A stretch of 64,000 nucleotides of DNA from an uncultured Myxococcales bacterium (GTDB lineage Bacteria; Myxococcota_A; UBA9042), in the NCBI GenBank assembly GCA_903840165.1, contig CAIMEY010000017.1:1-64000 (forward strand), written 5' to 3'. Each line of letters opens with the position of its first letter. Within the stretch, counting starts at the first letter, position 1. Both the position numbers and the translations under genes were made by a program. The notes below the pieces were generated by a model. It had not been told where the DNA came from. It searched no databases and worked only from the letters and a program-made list of their open reading frames with translations. Below, piece after piece: positions 1 through 9,650 of the stretch.

Positions 1-173
1 CACGTACCGCGAGTTCTGGCCATCGAGGCCCGGAATCGCCAAGGTGCCTGGCCTCAAGGTCTGCCCCGCCAGTACAAGACGCGCCGCCAGACCCGCGTTG
101 CTCGAGACCGTGTCCGGGACGTATTCCATTGCAATAATAGCCCACCGGATCCGCTCCCACAAATTGGATTCAA

Positions 174-2351
174 TTACGCTGTCATACGCGCAGATGTTGC
201 CGCGTGAGGGTCGCAGTCTAACGGTTGGCGCACGACCGTGGCTCGCCCGCGCAGCGCGTTAAACTGGTCGCGCTGCGACCATGTGTGGCGCCGCGCTTGC
301 CGATCGGCGTTTGTTCGAGCTACCCAGGGTCTGTGGCGCTGCGGCGGCAGGTGCATCACCCGGACTTGGATTGCGATTCTCAGCAGGTGTAGCTGCCACA
401 GCTGCAGCAGGACCGACGGACGCAGGCTTGGCGCGGCCGGGGTCAGCGGCCCTGCGGCGTCTTGGGCAGGCCGTGACCAACGCGCCGGCATGGATGCTGA
501 TCCAGAAATCACTCTGGTGTTTAGGTGGTTGCGGCAGGTGGCCGGAGCTTGGACTATGGCGCCGGTCTGGGCATCCGTTGCGCGGACCTGCGCTAGGATC
601 TCCGCGCGGTCAGCCAGAGCGGTGACCGCCAGCGGTACAGAAAACTCCCGCCGGAATGTGGGGTTGGTGGATTGAGTACAGTCAGCGCGCTGCGGGCAGG
701 GCCAGCACAGCCCGGCAGGCACCCGGTAGATGGCGTAGCAGCCCGAGCCATTGGACTGGCGGATGTTGTGCAGTGGCGCCAAAAATCCACGCGGACACGC
801 TTTGTGCGGTGCAAGTGGTGATTCTGGTGGGGTTTGCGTCGGCTCGACCAGCGAGTCGGCCCGAAGTGGTGGGACAGGTGCGACGGGCGGTTCGCTCGCC
901 GACTCTGCTGGCGCGACTGCCAGCTCCGGGTCGCTAGGCCCGGGTCGGTACGCTTGCTCTGGCGGCCCGCCCAGTTCGCCGACGAAGGCGGCGGCACGCG
1001 TCATTCGCAAGTTACTGACCCACATCAGCAATGCCGTGGCCAGACGCTGGCCGTACAGGTCAAAGCAGAAGATCTCGCCCAGGCGCATCCGCCGGATCGC
1101 TTGACCGAACTGGTTTTCCTGGCCGCAGCGACCGTAGTACAGCGTCACCGTGTCAGGGGCAGGCCAGGCGCCCGGGTCGAGGTCGGTGGCAAAGGCCTCA
1201 TAGTGAAAGCCGCCTTGGACCATGCCGGCACCGTGCTTTTCGCCGTCCGGGCAGACAAAGCGCGACACGACCAGCCGTGATACGACAGCGGCCCCCGCGC
1301 CGTCGTGACCGACCACGAAGCGGCCCAATTCCGTGGCCTGCCGACGCGGCCCGGAGCGCGAATCGGTCACATCCTGCCAAGTTGCACTGGCCAGGTGTTC
1401 GGCCACGCCCGGCTCGGCGTACACCGAGTGGTGCTTGAGGCGTGTCAGGTAGTGCAGATTCTGGCGACCGGCCTGAGCGATGGCTGCGGCGTAACCACCA
1501 GCGCCATCGAAGCGAATCAGCGTGTGGTCACGCGGCAGTTCGCAGATGTCGACCAGCGACGCGGCGGCTTGAGCAGCGATGCCCAAGGCGTCGGCAAACG
1601 GCGTGTTGCCCGCGTGGGTCGTCGCCTGCAAGAAGAGCCCTGCCGCAGTATGGGACAAAATTGCAATGCTGACCTGGGTTTCGCCGCGATGGCGACCCGG
1701 ATAGCCCGGTGCGCACAGAGACGCTGCGCGTCGCCTGGGCTCAGGCAAGTCCTCGTGTTCGGGCAGGGCCCGCTGACGCAAGGCTGTGACACTTGGGTCG
1801 AAATCGAGAACAGTCCAGCCCAATCCGTGGGCGTCGCGGGCCTGCGCCAGCGGCGAGCGGCATAGCGCCTGCACCTGCGCCCCCGCACCCAGTAGCCACG
1901 CAACCTCCTGATCCAAATTGGCAATCCGCTCCGCGGCGCAAAGCCCACGCGACACCGACGCCGACGTCGGCAAGCAGTGCCGCCCCGCAATCGCCGCCAG
2001 CCGTACGGCACATGCCTGGATGCCAGCGCGGAATCCCCGAATGCCGCCCTTGTTGTAGCCACACGCCAGCGCCATGAAAAACACAGTCAAGTCGAGCACC
2101 CCAAAGCCGCGCTTATACGAAAACCGCAGCCGGCGAGCGACCTCCGTGAACAAGCCGCTGTCGCCGCAGTGTTGAACCAACTCAGCGAATTCCGACGCCC
2201 ATTGGGGCATCTGCGCCACCCGGCGCGAACGGGTGACGAATTGAACGGAGCCTGCCATGATTGCCTCGGTCGCCGCCTCGAAAAGCGGTCTGATTTGCCT
2301 CGGTCCCGCGCCGCTTGGTACGAACAAGCGGCGCACCGGGGCGGCGACCAT
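174..2351 (-). mobile_element. Putative IS4-superfamily (DDE_Tnp_1-like) transposase ORF. The 3' extent is uncertain and it may be over-extended or decayed.
   Basis: A 725-aa ORF carries a 'Y-x2-R-x3-E-x6-R' motif (YYGRCGQENQFGQAIR) that resembles the YREK signature of IS4-family DDE transposases. The C-terminal ~300 aa is Pro/Arg-rich and low-complexity, so it may be read-through in high-GC DNA. Confidence 0.45.
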
Positions 2352-2636
2352 CGCATGCTTTGAACATCATGGCGTATTTCTCGCCATGCGCTTTGTAACT
2401 AGTTGCGTTTACGGGATAAACTGATGGATCCGGTTCCGGTGGGAATAGCGTATTTTCCCGCGGGAAGCTGATCGATTGGCAAAAACGTCGTGATCTGGCC
2501 CAGATTCAAGGATCAACGTGTCACCACGAGTGCGCGTGCGCAGATGTTGCAAGGCGGGGTAGCTGTGCAGATGTTGCTCGACGCTAGAGGCCCAGTCTTT
2601 GGCGGGAAAGCTTGTCATGGCAGCCACTTGGCCGCA

Positions 2637-3401
2637 TCAGGCAGCCTTGGGCAAGCGATTGTCGCGCGGTTGGTACCGCCATGTCCAGCGGAAAGGATTC
2701 ACGCTGAATTTGTTCCAGAAATCGACAAAGCCAAGGATGCGCTGGCTGGCGTGGGCCACGCTTTTAGAGTCGGCGTGTTGGATGACCCGGCGGTTGACGA
2801 TGGAGAAGAAGCACTCGACCAGGTTGAGCCACGACGCGTGGATGGGCGTGAACACAAAATGGAAGCGATTCCCATGATGTTGGGTGAATTTGGTCCAACG
2901 TTTGCTCGGCCCGGCTTTGTGCGTGCTGAGGTTGTCCCAGACGACCTAGACTTCGCCGACTGGATACAACGTGGCGATTTTCTCCAGGAACTCGACAGTG
3001 GCTTGGGCCGTGCGGTGCTCGACCATTGCGACGATGGCGTTGCCGGTGGCAACCTCAAATGCCGCAGGCGCGCAGCAGGTTCCGTGGCGAATATACTCGT
3101 ATTCTTCATGCACTATCGCATGGGGACCAACTTTAGACGGATGTTTGCGACCCAAGGCTTGAACCGACATTTCGTCGATGCGGTCGATGCAGAACACCTT
3201 GGCACCAGCAGGTAGATGGGTATAAATCTCGCAAATTCGTTCGGCTTTGACGCCAAAATCGGGGTCTTTGGTATTGAGCCAGTACCGCACCAGATGCGGG
3301 CGCAAGTCGTTGAAATGCAAGATACGTCCGATTTCGCTGACCGACATCAGCCCCCCCCCGTGAGCACTGCCACCGCCGCGGCTACGGACGCTTGCGTCCA
3401 A
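2637..3401 (-). pseudogene. IS630-family (Tc1/mariner-like DDE_3) transposase remnant, frameshifted and 5'-truncated
   Basis: Three consecutive minus-strand reading frames cover one transposase: 2946-3401, a short piece at 2855-2946 and 2637-2855. The C-terminal piece contains the IS630 hallmark 'HASWLNLVECFF'. The N-terminal HTH region is absent. The fragment abuts the stop of the 3457-5013 gene. Confidence 0.75.
3351..3359. repeat. C9 homopolymer tract (poly-G on the coding strand of the IS630 remnant)
   Basis: Read directly from the sequence: gacatcag-ccccccccc-gtgagc. The tract lies at the N-terminal edge of the IS630 remnant ORF (MDASVRSRGGGSAHGGG) and is slippage-prone. Confidence 0.9.
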
Positions 3402-3456
3402 AGATTGCGAAAAGGCACGTATTTTTCATCTGGTCGCTGACCCGGCAAGCGATGAC

Positions 3457-5013
3457 CTATTGGCATGTGCCGCCGTGGCAGGTCTTGGCGTTGCCGCAGG
3501 GAGCGCCGTCAGCGGTCGCTTGGTGCCAACAGCCGCAATAGGGCGCGTTGCAGCCGTCATTGGTGCACGGATTGCTGTCGTCGCACAAGGAAATAGGCTG
3601 ACCAACGCAAAGGCCCGAGATGTGACAAGTCTTGTTCGCAAAATTGTCCAGTCGCCAAACCGCGAAATTCAGGTCGATCGCCCAGCCGACAACAAGCGAT
3701 CCGCCCGGCATGCCAAGAATCGTGCTGCCGGCTTCACCGTAGACGCCGAACTTGAGACGCGATTGAAACTCGCCGCCAATGCCGATTCGCATGACATTTG
3801 GGTCATCATTGTGGCCCGAGGCGCTGCCCCCAAGAACGGCGAACCCGTCATCCACGGAAGCAATGCTAGCCACGGTGCCCACCAGTTCAGTCGAATAGCG
3901 TGAGCCAGCCTGACCATATACGTGGCTCCAGAGTTTCATTCCCGACACGTCGGTGCGGAAGAGCCAGAGAGCCGTGCCGTCGATTGGAGGCGCTCCCCCA
4001 ATTATTTCCGGAGACATCGTCCATCCGAGGATTGCGAATCCGTCCGGCAAGGCGACTACAGATGTCGCTTTATCCGATTGACTTCCACCGTAATCGCGCC
4101 GCCATAGAAAATCGCCAGTGGCGTCAGAGAACAAGAGAAATGCGTCGACATCGTATCCGTTTCCGTTGAAACCATCGCCAACAATCGCGTATCCCGAACC
4201 GGCCGCGACGAGAGCAGCCGCCTCGCCCTTGCTGAGGTTGTCAGACGCGGAACTCCAAACTTGCTCGCCATCATTTCCGATCCCGAGCAAGACCACGTCG
4301 CCGCCGGCGGCGCTGTCCGCTGTGGCCTGCGAACTCGCGGCGACAACGAAACCGCTCGCGGCGGCAACTATTCCCGCTCCCGCCCTCAGAACAGCCCCCC
4401 CATACGTCTTGCTCCAGACAAGATCACCCGACCCGCCGACCTTGAACAGCCAGATTTCCGATTGAAGAAGGGACGCCGTCTCCGTTGGGGAACCCGGCGG
4501 TCCCGTCGTTCCGGCGACGACGACATCGCCGTTCAAGTCAGCGACTAGTCCGGCTACGAAGTCATTGCCACCGCCGCCAAAAGTGTGGTCCCACAGGAGC
4601 TCTCCCTTGGCATCGATTCGTACTACACGCGCGTCACTGAAGCCGTGCGCCAGCGGCATTTCTGGGAAGAACACCATTCCACCGACAATGAATCCGTTGT
4701 CCAATCGGAGTGCGTACCGTGCTGCGGATTGTGTCTTTGCCGGATATGTCGTGAAGAATGGTGCCATACTTGACTGGGTGCACGACGCCTCGCCAGGCAA
4801 CAACGCACCGTCAACGCCGTAGAGACTAGGGACGCTGCCGCAACTTGTCTGAATACCTGAATCGGCTGCATCAATTGAGACGCCACGACAAGCCGCTATG
4901 GACAAGACAAGGAACAACAGGGTGAGCAACGGCCTCAATGCGTTGTGGAACTCGGCACCTTTCGGGCCTGGCCAACCCTGCGTTCTGCAACTGAATTCAT
5001 AGTCTAAGATCAT
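3457..5013 (-). CDS. Lipoprotein with beta-propeller-like repeats and a C-terminal myxo-type cysteine-rich module
   Basis: Signal peptide with lipobox (LSIAAC). At least five repeats of roughly (L/V)W-x3-(Y/F)GG...G(F/Y)(A/V)(V/I)(A/L)G. The C-terminus reads 'CDDSNPCTNDGCNAPYCGC...CGNAKTCHGGTCQ'. Its start overlaps the upstream gene's stop by 4 nt. Confidence 0.7.
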   Translation of the reverse strand: MILDYEFSCRTQGWPGPKGAEFHNALRPLLTLLFLVLSIAACRGVSIDAADSGIQTSCGSVPSLYGVDGALLPGEASCTQSSMAPFFTTYPAKTQSAARYALRLDNGFIVGGMVFFPEMPLAHGFSDARVVRIDAKGELLWDHTFGGGGNDFVAGLVADLNGDVVVAGTTGPPGSPTETASLLQSEIWLFKVGGSGDLVWSKTYGGAVLRAGAGIVAAASGFVVAASSQATADSAAGGDVVLLGIGNDGEQVWSSASDNLSKGEAAALVAAGSGYAIVGDGFNGNGYDVDAFLLFSDATGDFLWRRDYGGSQSDKATSVVALPDGFAILGWTMSPEIIGGAPPIDGTALWLFRTDVSGMKLWSHVYGQAGSRYSTELVGTVASIASVDDGFAVLGGSASGHNDDPNVMRIGIGGEFQSRLKFGVYGEAGSTILGMPGGSLVVGWAIDLNFAVWRLDNFANKTCHISGLCVGQPISLCDDSNPCTNDGCNAPYCGCWHQATADGAPCGNAKTCHGGTCQ

Positions 5014-5918
5014 TCAGGAACCTCCCAGAGCCACGGCTTTCCAGTAAAGTAATCCTTCACGGCGGTGTAGGTCAGAAACGTCGACGACTGAAACACGCCA
5101 GCCGACGCCGCAAGTCCGAGTACTACCACAGGTAATTTGGGGAAATTCGCTTCCAGAAACTGAGCGACCTGAATGGCAGACTGGTGTTGAGTCCAAATCA
5201 AGGCTGCGTTGGGTCCTACGTCCATATAGCCTGGATGAGTCAGAAAATCCTGGGCCATCTTGTTGAAATCGACGGCGGCTGCGGATCCTGGAACAACTGC
5301 CGCTGGAAGGATTGGTGGCTGAATGTAATCGTCCTGAGGAATGTAGTCACACGAGACCGACAGGAGTGCCGCCTCTCGCTCCGAGTAGTTTGCGTCCAAT
5401 AGCACGACCATCGGCTTGAGCAACGAGCGGAGCGCACCGCAGCCGACCCACGCACCTACGCTCACTAGGAACGACTTCGTCAAACTGCCAACCTTGGCCG
5501 GAGCCTCGAAGGATATTGAAGGTCCCCCTACCGCATTCCCGACGAACGGCCCGTTCGGAGCCTTGTGGGGACCGTCGAACGGCAGATCGGCCAGAAGAAT
5601 CGGAATTATTTTAGTTATTCCACCTATCGTCACAATCAACGTGTAGCCGCCCAACGGCGGCCAGCACCTTGGCCAAGGAACATTGGGAATGGGGCAAAAA
5701 ATATCCCCAGGTCCGTTTATGGAAACCTGGCCCGAATACAGTTTCTTGGCGGGAAAGTGTGAAAATTCCGGGCCTTCACATTGAATTGACCATTCTATCT
5801 CAAATTTCATCTCGTATTGTTCGGCATAATATTCGTCAAACCAATGGATGTTGGCGCTGAAACCACACAAATACATTGTCTTCGCCATGACGACCCTCAC
5901 GATTTGCGTTGCGATCAA
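5010..5918 (-). CDS. Hypothetical protein (302 aa), no recognisable domain. GC3 is atypically low, especially in the 5' half.
   Basis: Clean ORF. 4-nt overlaps with both neighbours (5915-5918 and 5010-5013) suggest translational coupling. Codon usage is rich in A/T-ending codons compared with leuS/thrS in the same window. Confidence 0.6.
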   Translation of the reverse strand: MIATQIVRVVMAKTMYLCGFSANIHWFDEYYAEQYEMKFEIEWSIQCEGPEFSHFPAKKLYSGQVSINGPGDIFCPIPNVPWPRCWPPLGGYTLIVTIGGITKIIPILLADLPFDGPHKAPNGPFVGNAVGGPSISFEAPAKVGSLTKSFLVSVGAWVGCGALRSLLKPMVVLLDANYSEREAALLSVSCDYIPQDDYIQPPILPAAVVPGSAAAVDFNKMAQDFLTHPGYMDVGPNAALIWTQHQSAIQVAQFLEANFPKLPVVVLGLAASAGVFQSSTFLTYTAVKDYFTGKPWLWEVPE

Positions 5919-6739
5919 CTCTTGAGCCCCATCTTTGCTTTTGCCAGGATTGACTTCGTTGTCTCGGGCACGGAACTGCTCCAGGCAAGATCCCCAGATA
6001 GTTCAAGCACTGCGACCGGGGTTGAGGTGGCAAGCCCAGCCGATGAGACCGGACTGGTAGTCTGGACTACGAGCGCAACGGTGGCTGCCTTATCCAGGAC
6101 ATAGGTTCCCTGCATGCCAAGCTGGGCTGCGGTCGCCTGCACCGCGCCCTGGGGCGCCAAAAGGAGCCTGGGCTTTGACATGACGAACCCTGGCGCTGCT
6201 CCACCACTGCCGAGTGACGTCGAAATGACGAGATACATAGCCCATTTGGGATTCTTCTCTCTGTCAAAGAAATGCAGCACTTGTGTGGCATCAGCGTTCC
6301 ATTCAAGAATACCATCGGTCTGAGCCGCGCCAGCGGCTCCCGCATATTTGAATGTCACCAACGGGATTGTAATCCACTGTTTTTGCGCGGTCTGTTCTTT
6401 GCCATCGACGACAACGGTCATTGAAATCTGCTTGGGACCTGGATACGGGACCGGTTGCGTGATTATCGGCGGCTTGCCGACAGCCGAGAGAAACGCCACC
6501 ATCGCCGCCGGTAGGTCCACCGGCAGCGTATTGCCAAAGACTCGAACGGAAAACCCGGGCATCGCATCCCATGACGGGTCGCCCGTGCCTAGCTTGATTG
6601 GGCCAATATCTACCGACTGTCCTGGATTGGAGCCCTCGACGCGGATGCGAATCGCGTAGTTTGAGGACCCTTTGTAATCCGTCCAGGCAAGTGATATTGC
6701 AAGGCCGCCTTCCAACGGTTTCGAAGCCTTGAGCCCCAC
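5915..6739 (-). CDS. Hypothetical protein (274 aa)
   Basis: Clean ORF in the same operon, with a 4-nt overlap with the downstream gene. No signal peptide and no recognisable motif. Confidence 0.6.
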   Translation of the reverse strand: MGLKASKPLEGGLAISLAWTDYKGSSNYAIRIRVEGSNPGQSVDIGPIKLGTGDPSWDAMPGFSVRVFGNTLPVDLPAAMVAFLSAVGKPPIITQPVPYPGPKQISMTVVVDGKEQTAQKQWITIPLVTFKYAGAAGAAQTDGILEWNADATQVLHFFDREKNPKWAMYLVISTSLGSGGAAPGFVMSKPRLLLAPQGAVQATAAQLGMQGTYVLDKAATVALVVQTTSPVSSAGLATSTPVAVLELSGDLAWSSSVPETTKSILAKAKMGLKS

Positions 6740-6757
6740 GCGTCCCTCCCCTTGTTC

Positions 6758-6995
6758 TCAGCCGGCCATACCTGCCGCCTGGGCTATCAAAGCGACCTGA
6801 ATATCCGCAGGCGCGGTCGTAGGAAATATCCAACCGCCGGCAGCGAACGACTTCCCAAGTTGCGCAACCCTGCTGATCAAAGCAGGTGGATCCAGGTCGA
6901 CCAACAAGGCCCGATCGTCGCCGAAACTTGCCGGGGCACTGGCAATTCGCCCGCGCAAGGGCGTCCTCGTATCCTTTCCATATCTCGACATCATC
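6758..6995 (-). CDS. Small hypothetical protein (~78 aa from MMSRYGK...)
   Basis: The ORF track gives 6758-7078, but the longer version overlaps the upstream gene in another frame. An ATGATG start at 6995/6992 lies 7 nt after the stop of the 7002-7748 gene. Confidence 0.4.
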
Positions 6996-7001
6996 GCCCC
7001 C

Positions 7002-7748
7002 TTACCACTGCTTGAGTTCGATGGTCGCGCTTTCCAAGGTCGCGCTCGCGCCACCAGCGGTGTAGTAGCCAACGCCAACGTACTTCGCCAATGAATCTAC
7101 AGGGATTGCATACAAACCGTTCGCAGGCACAGTGACAAAGCCCCCTAGCGCTGCGAAATCGGTCCCATTTTCGCTGCCGGTGGCGGTGACGTAGGCATTG
7201 CCGCCCGCCAATCCATTGACTTTGCACAATATTACGCCGCGTTTGAACGCCGACACCACGTGCGACGAATCGGCGATAAAGACCGGTGTCGTGGAAGTGC
7301 GCATTGTGTAACCAGATTTGAGGATTGGGTTGCAGAAGATCGCGTCACTGAACAGCGGCGATACGGTTGCAGTCAAGCGCGCGTCGCCTTGAAGAGCCCC
7401 GCCGACATCGCCGATTACTTGGATGCCAAATCGCACCCACGGGGCAAATTCCGCAAACATTGCAGCGTAGTCGATGCTAAGTTGCTGCCCTGAGCCGACG
7501 CCAGTCGCTATCCCGTCGATGCTATACAGGAAATCGACCCAGGTGCGCTTGTCGGTACTCCACTGCGCGAATACCCTGACCGCAGCGCTGCGAGTGACCG
7601 AAAGTACGTTGATAAAGAGCCGAATTCCAGTCGAGGCCGCAAAATCCCCAAAAGCGTCCGTCCAAACAATGTTGGGCTTGCCGTCGGCGTTGGAAACACG
7701 CGTCTCATCCGCAACTAAAACAATAGGTTGGTACCCCGACATGGTCAT
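7002..7748 (-). CDS. Hypothetical protein (248 aa), first gene of the five-gene operon
   Basis: Clean ORF with no signal peptide and no recognisable catalytic motif. A ~290-bp upstream non-coding region follows, then a structured repeat. Confidence 0.6.
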   Translation of the reverse strand: MTMSGYQPIVLVADETRVSNADGKPNIVWTDAFGDFAASTGIRLFINVLSVTRSAAVRVFAQWSTDKRTWVDFLYSIDGIATGVGSGQQLSIDYAAMFAEFAPWVRFGIQVIGDVGGALQGDARLTATVSPLFSDAIFCNPILKSGYTMRTSTTPVFIADSSHVVSAFKRGVILCKVNGLAGGNAYVTATGSENGTDFAALGGFVTVPANGLYAIPVDSLAKYVGVGYYTAGGASATLESATIELKQW

Positions 7749-8037
7749 TTTCCCAGATATGCCAGCGGATTGCGCCAGCGGGTTATCAACGATATTCTAC
7801 TGTTTGCGCGCCGCTGAGGCTACGGTGGCAGTAACCCTACTACCGAGCGCGACGTGTCGCAAGCGATTTCTTGGCGAAGATGTGAAGATTTGTAAGGGGC
7901 GGGCGATTCTTGCGCTGCAGAGCCGCGTAACCGCTCGGTGATCCACGCCTTCCCGCCGCGCCCGACCTCACCCAAGCTGGCGCCGAACACCTTCCCGCGC
8001 GCAGGAGCCCACCTACGCCGCACCGTCACCCGCGCGC

Positions 8038-8290
8038 CTAGTACCTCAAACCCGGAGTTCCTTCCGGGTTCGACGTACAGTGTTTGCTTCTAGTTTCAAG
8101 GGGGCGCGCCATCTCCACTTTCGCCGTGCCAGACTTGGCGCGGCTCATGCGCTGCGCCCGCCGTGGAGTCCTCTCCTCGCCCGCGGGCGGGCTCACCCCG
8201 GCGTTCGGCCGGGTCCCCGGCCGAACGTCCACAACGCCGCGAGCTTTCCGGTAACCGGGAAAGCACTTAGGGTTACGTGTACTAGAGCCA
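8038..8290 (+). repeat. Structured intergenic repeat (family 2), copy 1, carrying a ~130-nt GC-rich internal insertion
   Basis: Shares 5' 'cctagtacctcaaacc...tgtttgcttctagtttcaagggg' and 3' 'ccggtaaccgggaaagcacttagggttacgtgtactag' with the copy at 10433-10551. Terminal ctagtac/gtactag are inverted. Contains a conserved GTAACC(C/G)-12nt-GGGTTAC hairpin. Confidence 0.6.
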
Positions 8291-8481
8291 CCCAAGCCAG
8301 AATGCGCTGCACGCGCGCCCAACGCTAGCAGCAAGTCGGCACGTCGGCCCAGCAACCGGTTCGGCCGCAGCATCAGGTCAAAGGTCGCGGCACAAATCCT
8401 CCAGCCATCGCCGGCTACGCTCCAAACTATTGAAAGTTCAGCGTAATCGCCCTCACAGGTCTTGCACCCCTGCCCCACGCC

Positions 8482-9336
8482 CTAGCGCGGCACGAGCTCC
8501 ACGCGGCGGTTCTTGGCCCTGCCCGCCTCGCTGCCGTTGCTAGCTACAGGAGCCAGGGAGCCAACACCGTAACCTTTCAGACGGTTAGCTGCAATACCGT
8601 GTTCCCCAATAAGTGCCGCGACCACTGCATTGGCCCGCGCCAGGGACAACTTGAGATTGGCCTCGAGTTCGCCGACGTTGTCGGTGTGCCCGACCACACT
8701 AACCTGCAAGCTACTATTATTTTTCATAACTTTTGCCACCTCAGCCAAAGCTGGTGCCGATGCGGGCTTGAGGACCGCAAGGCCGGTGTCAAACAGAATG
8801 CCGTAGACCGCGGCGTGCCCTAGCGCCTGCAAGTCTCCGGCCAAGGCCGCGGCGTCGGCCGTCACGTCTTGCTGCATCGCTTCGCGCTCCACCACGGTGA
8901 GCATCCAACCTTCTGGAATGTAAGCGTTAATATGGACCCACACTTCCTTGCTGCCGCGGCTGACGCGCCAGTAGCCGTTGCCGTCGTCGTCGCGGTACAC
9001 CTGGGTGCCGCCGATTTTGCTGATGGCGTTGTCGTAATTGCGCAGGATTTGCAGGCGTGTCACGCCGGTCTTGCCGGTTTGCTGGGCGTAGCGAATCTCG
9101 AAGAGTTTGCCCTCTATTTTGAGTTCCTCGCGCTTGGCGTTGTAAAAGGTGTGCTGATCAAAGTCATGGGTTTCGCAGCGTTCGATGAGGTAGGTGGGCA
9201 TTCGGCTCAGCAGCGGATGGTCCTGGCAGCCGTCGGCGTCGCCGGGCGCGGCCCAAGCGCTGCCGCTCAAGAGGCAAAGGGCTAGGAGCAGGCCGGTCAG
9301 CGTCGGGAAGGTTCGGTTTGACATGATATCCTCCAA
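8482..9336 (-). CDS. OmpA-family peptidoglycan-binding protein (signal peptide plus C-terminal OmpA/MotB domain)
   Basis: N-terminal signal (LLLALCLLSGSAWA). C-terminal 'VVGHTDNVG...NLKLSLARANAV...NRRVELVPR' is the classic OmpA_C-like motif. Confidence 0.85.
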   Translation of the reverse strand: MEDIMSNRTFPTLTGLLLALCLLSGSAWAAPGDADGCQDHPLLSRMPTYLIERCETHDFDQHTFYNAKREELKIEGKLFEIRYAQQTGKTGVTRLQILRNYDNAISKIGGTQVYRDDDGNGYWRVSRGSKEVWVHINAYIPEGWMLTVVEREAMQQDVTADAAALAGDLQALGHAAVYGILFDTGLAVLKPASAPALAEVAKVMKNNSSLQVSVVGHTDNVGELEANLKLSLARANAVVAALIGEHGIAANRLKGYGVGSLAPVASNGSEAGRAKNRRVELVPR

Positions 9337-9427
9337 AGTAAGGCCCCAAGCGTACGCCTAACCAAGCGCTTTGACCAGCCTGCCATGAGACTGGTCGCCC
9401 TTGGATTTAGCCCGCCCTGCGCTGCGC

Positions 9428-9530
9428 GAGGGATGTGGACCGCGGGGCGGCGGCGTCCGACGCCGTTTTCCGCCGCTTAGGCGGAAAATCCCAGCCCGGT
9501 CGCCGCTTCGGCGACGCGCCAATACCCACG
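9428..9530 (+). repeat. REP-like triple-hairpin intergenic element (family 1), copy A
   Basis: Three adjacent palindromes: ggcgtccgacgcc, ttttccgccgcttaggcggaaaa and gtcgccgcttcggcgac. A near-identical inverted copy lies at 16653-16755 and a variant at 25374-25475. Confidence 0.7.
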
Positions 9531-9650
9531 CCTGCAATCGCCACCTGCTCGCGTACGACCAGTCCGCTACAACTACCTACCGCCAATCGCTTTTCTCCCG
9601 GCGCCACCGAGCCCTCGCCAACCGCCGTGCGCCGCGCTATGCTAGCGCCA

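Noticed and set aside
2490-3215. 241-aa plus-strand ORF
   Set aside because: It is antisense to the IS630 transposase remnant, whose minus-strand translation carries the family hallmark motifs.
8038-8478. ORFs 8038-8478(-), 8080-8328(+) and 10430-10744(-), both minus-strand ones ending in similar peptides (...PLETRSKH.SN..GT.GLRY)
   Set aside because: The similarity comes from translating the two copies of the family-2 nucleotide repeat. The sequences are Arg/Pro-rich, have no start context, and one copy is interrupted by an insertion. They are treated as non-coding repeat DNA.
9401-9650. N-terminal 83 aa of the 9401-10426 ORF, and ORF 16590-16778(-)
   Set aside because: Both are read through the REP-like element, giving the identical translation 'GVRRRFPPLRRKIPARSPLRRR'. 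The glycosyltransferase start is placed at MTIDR (9651).
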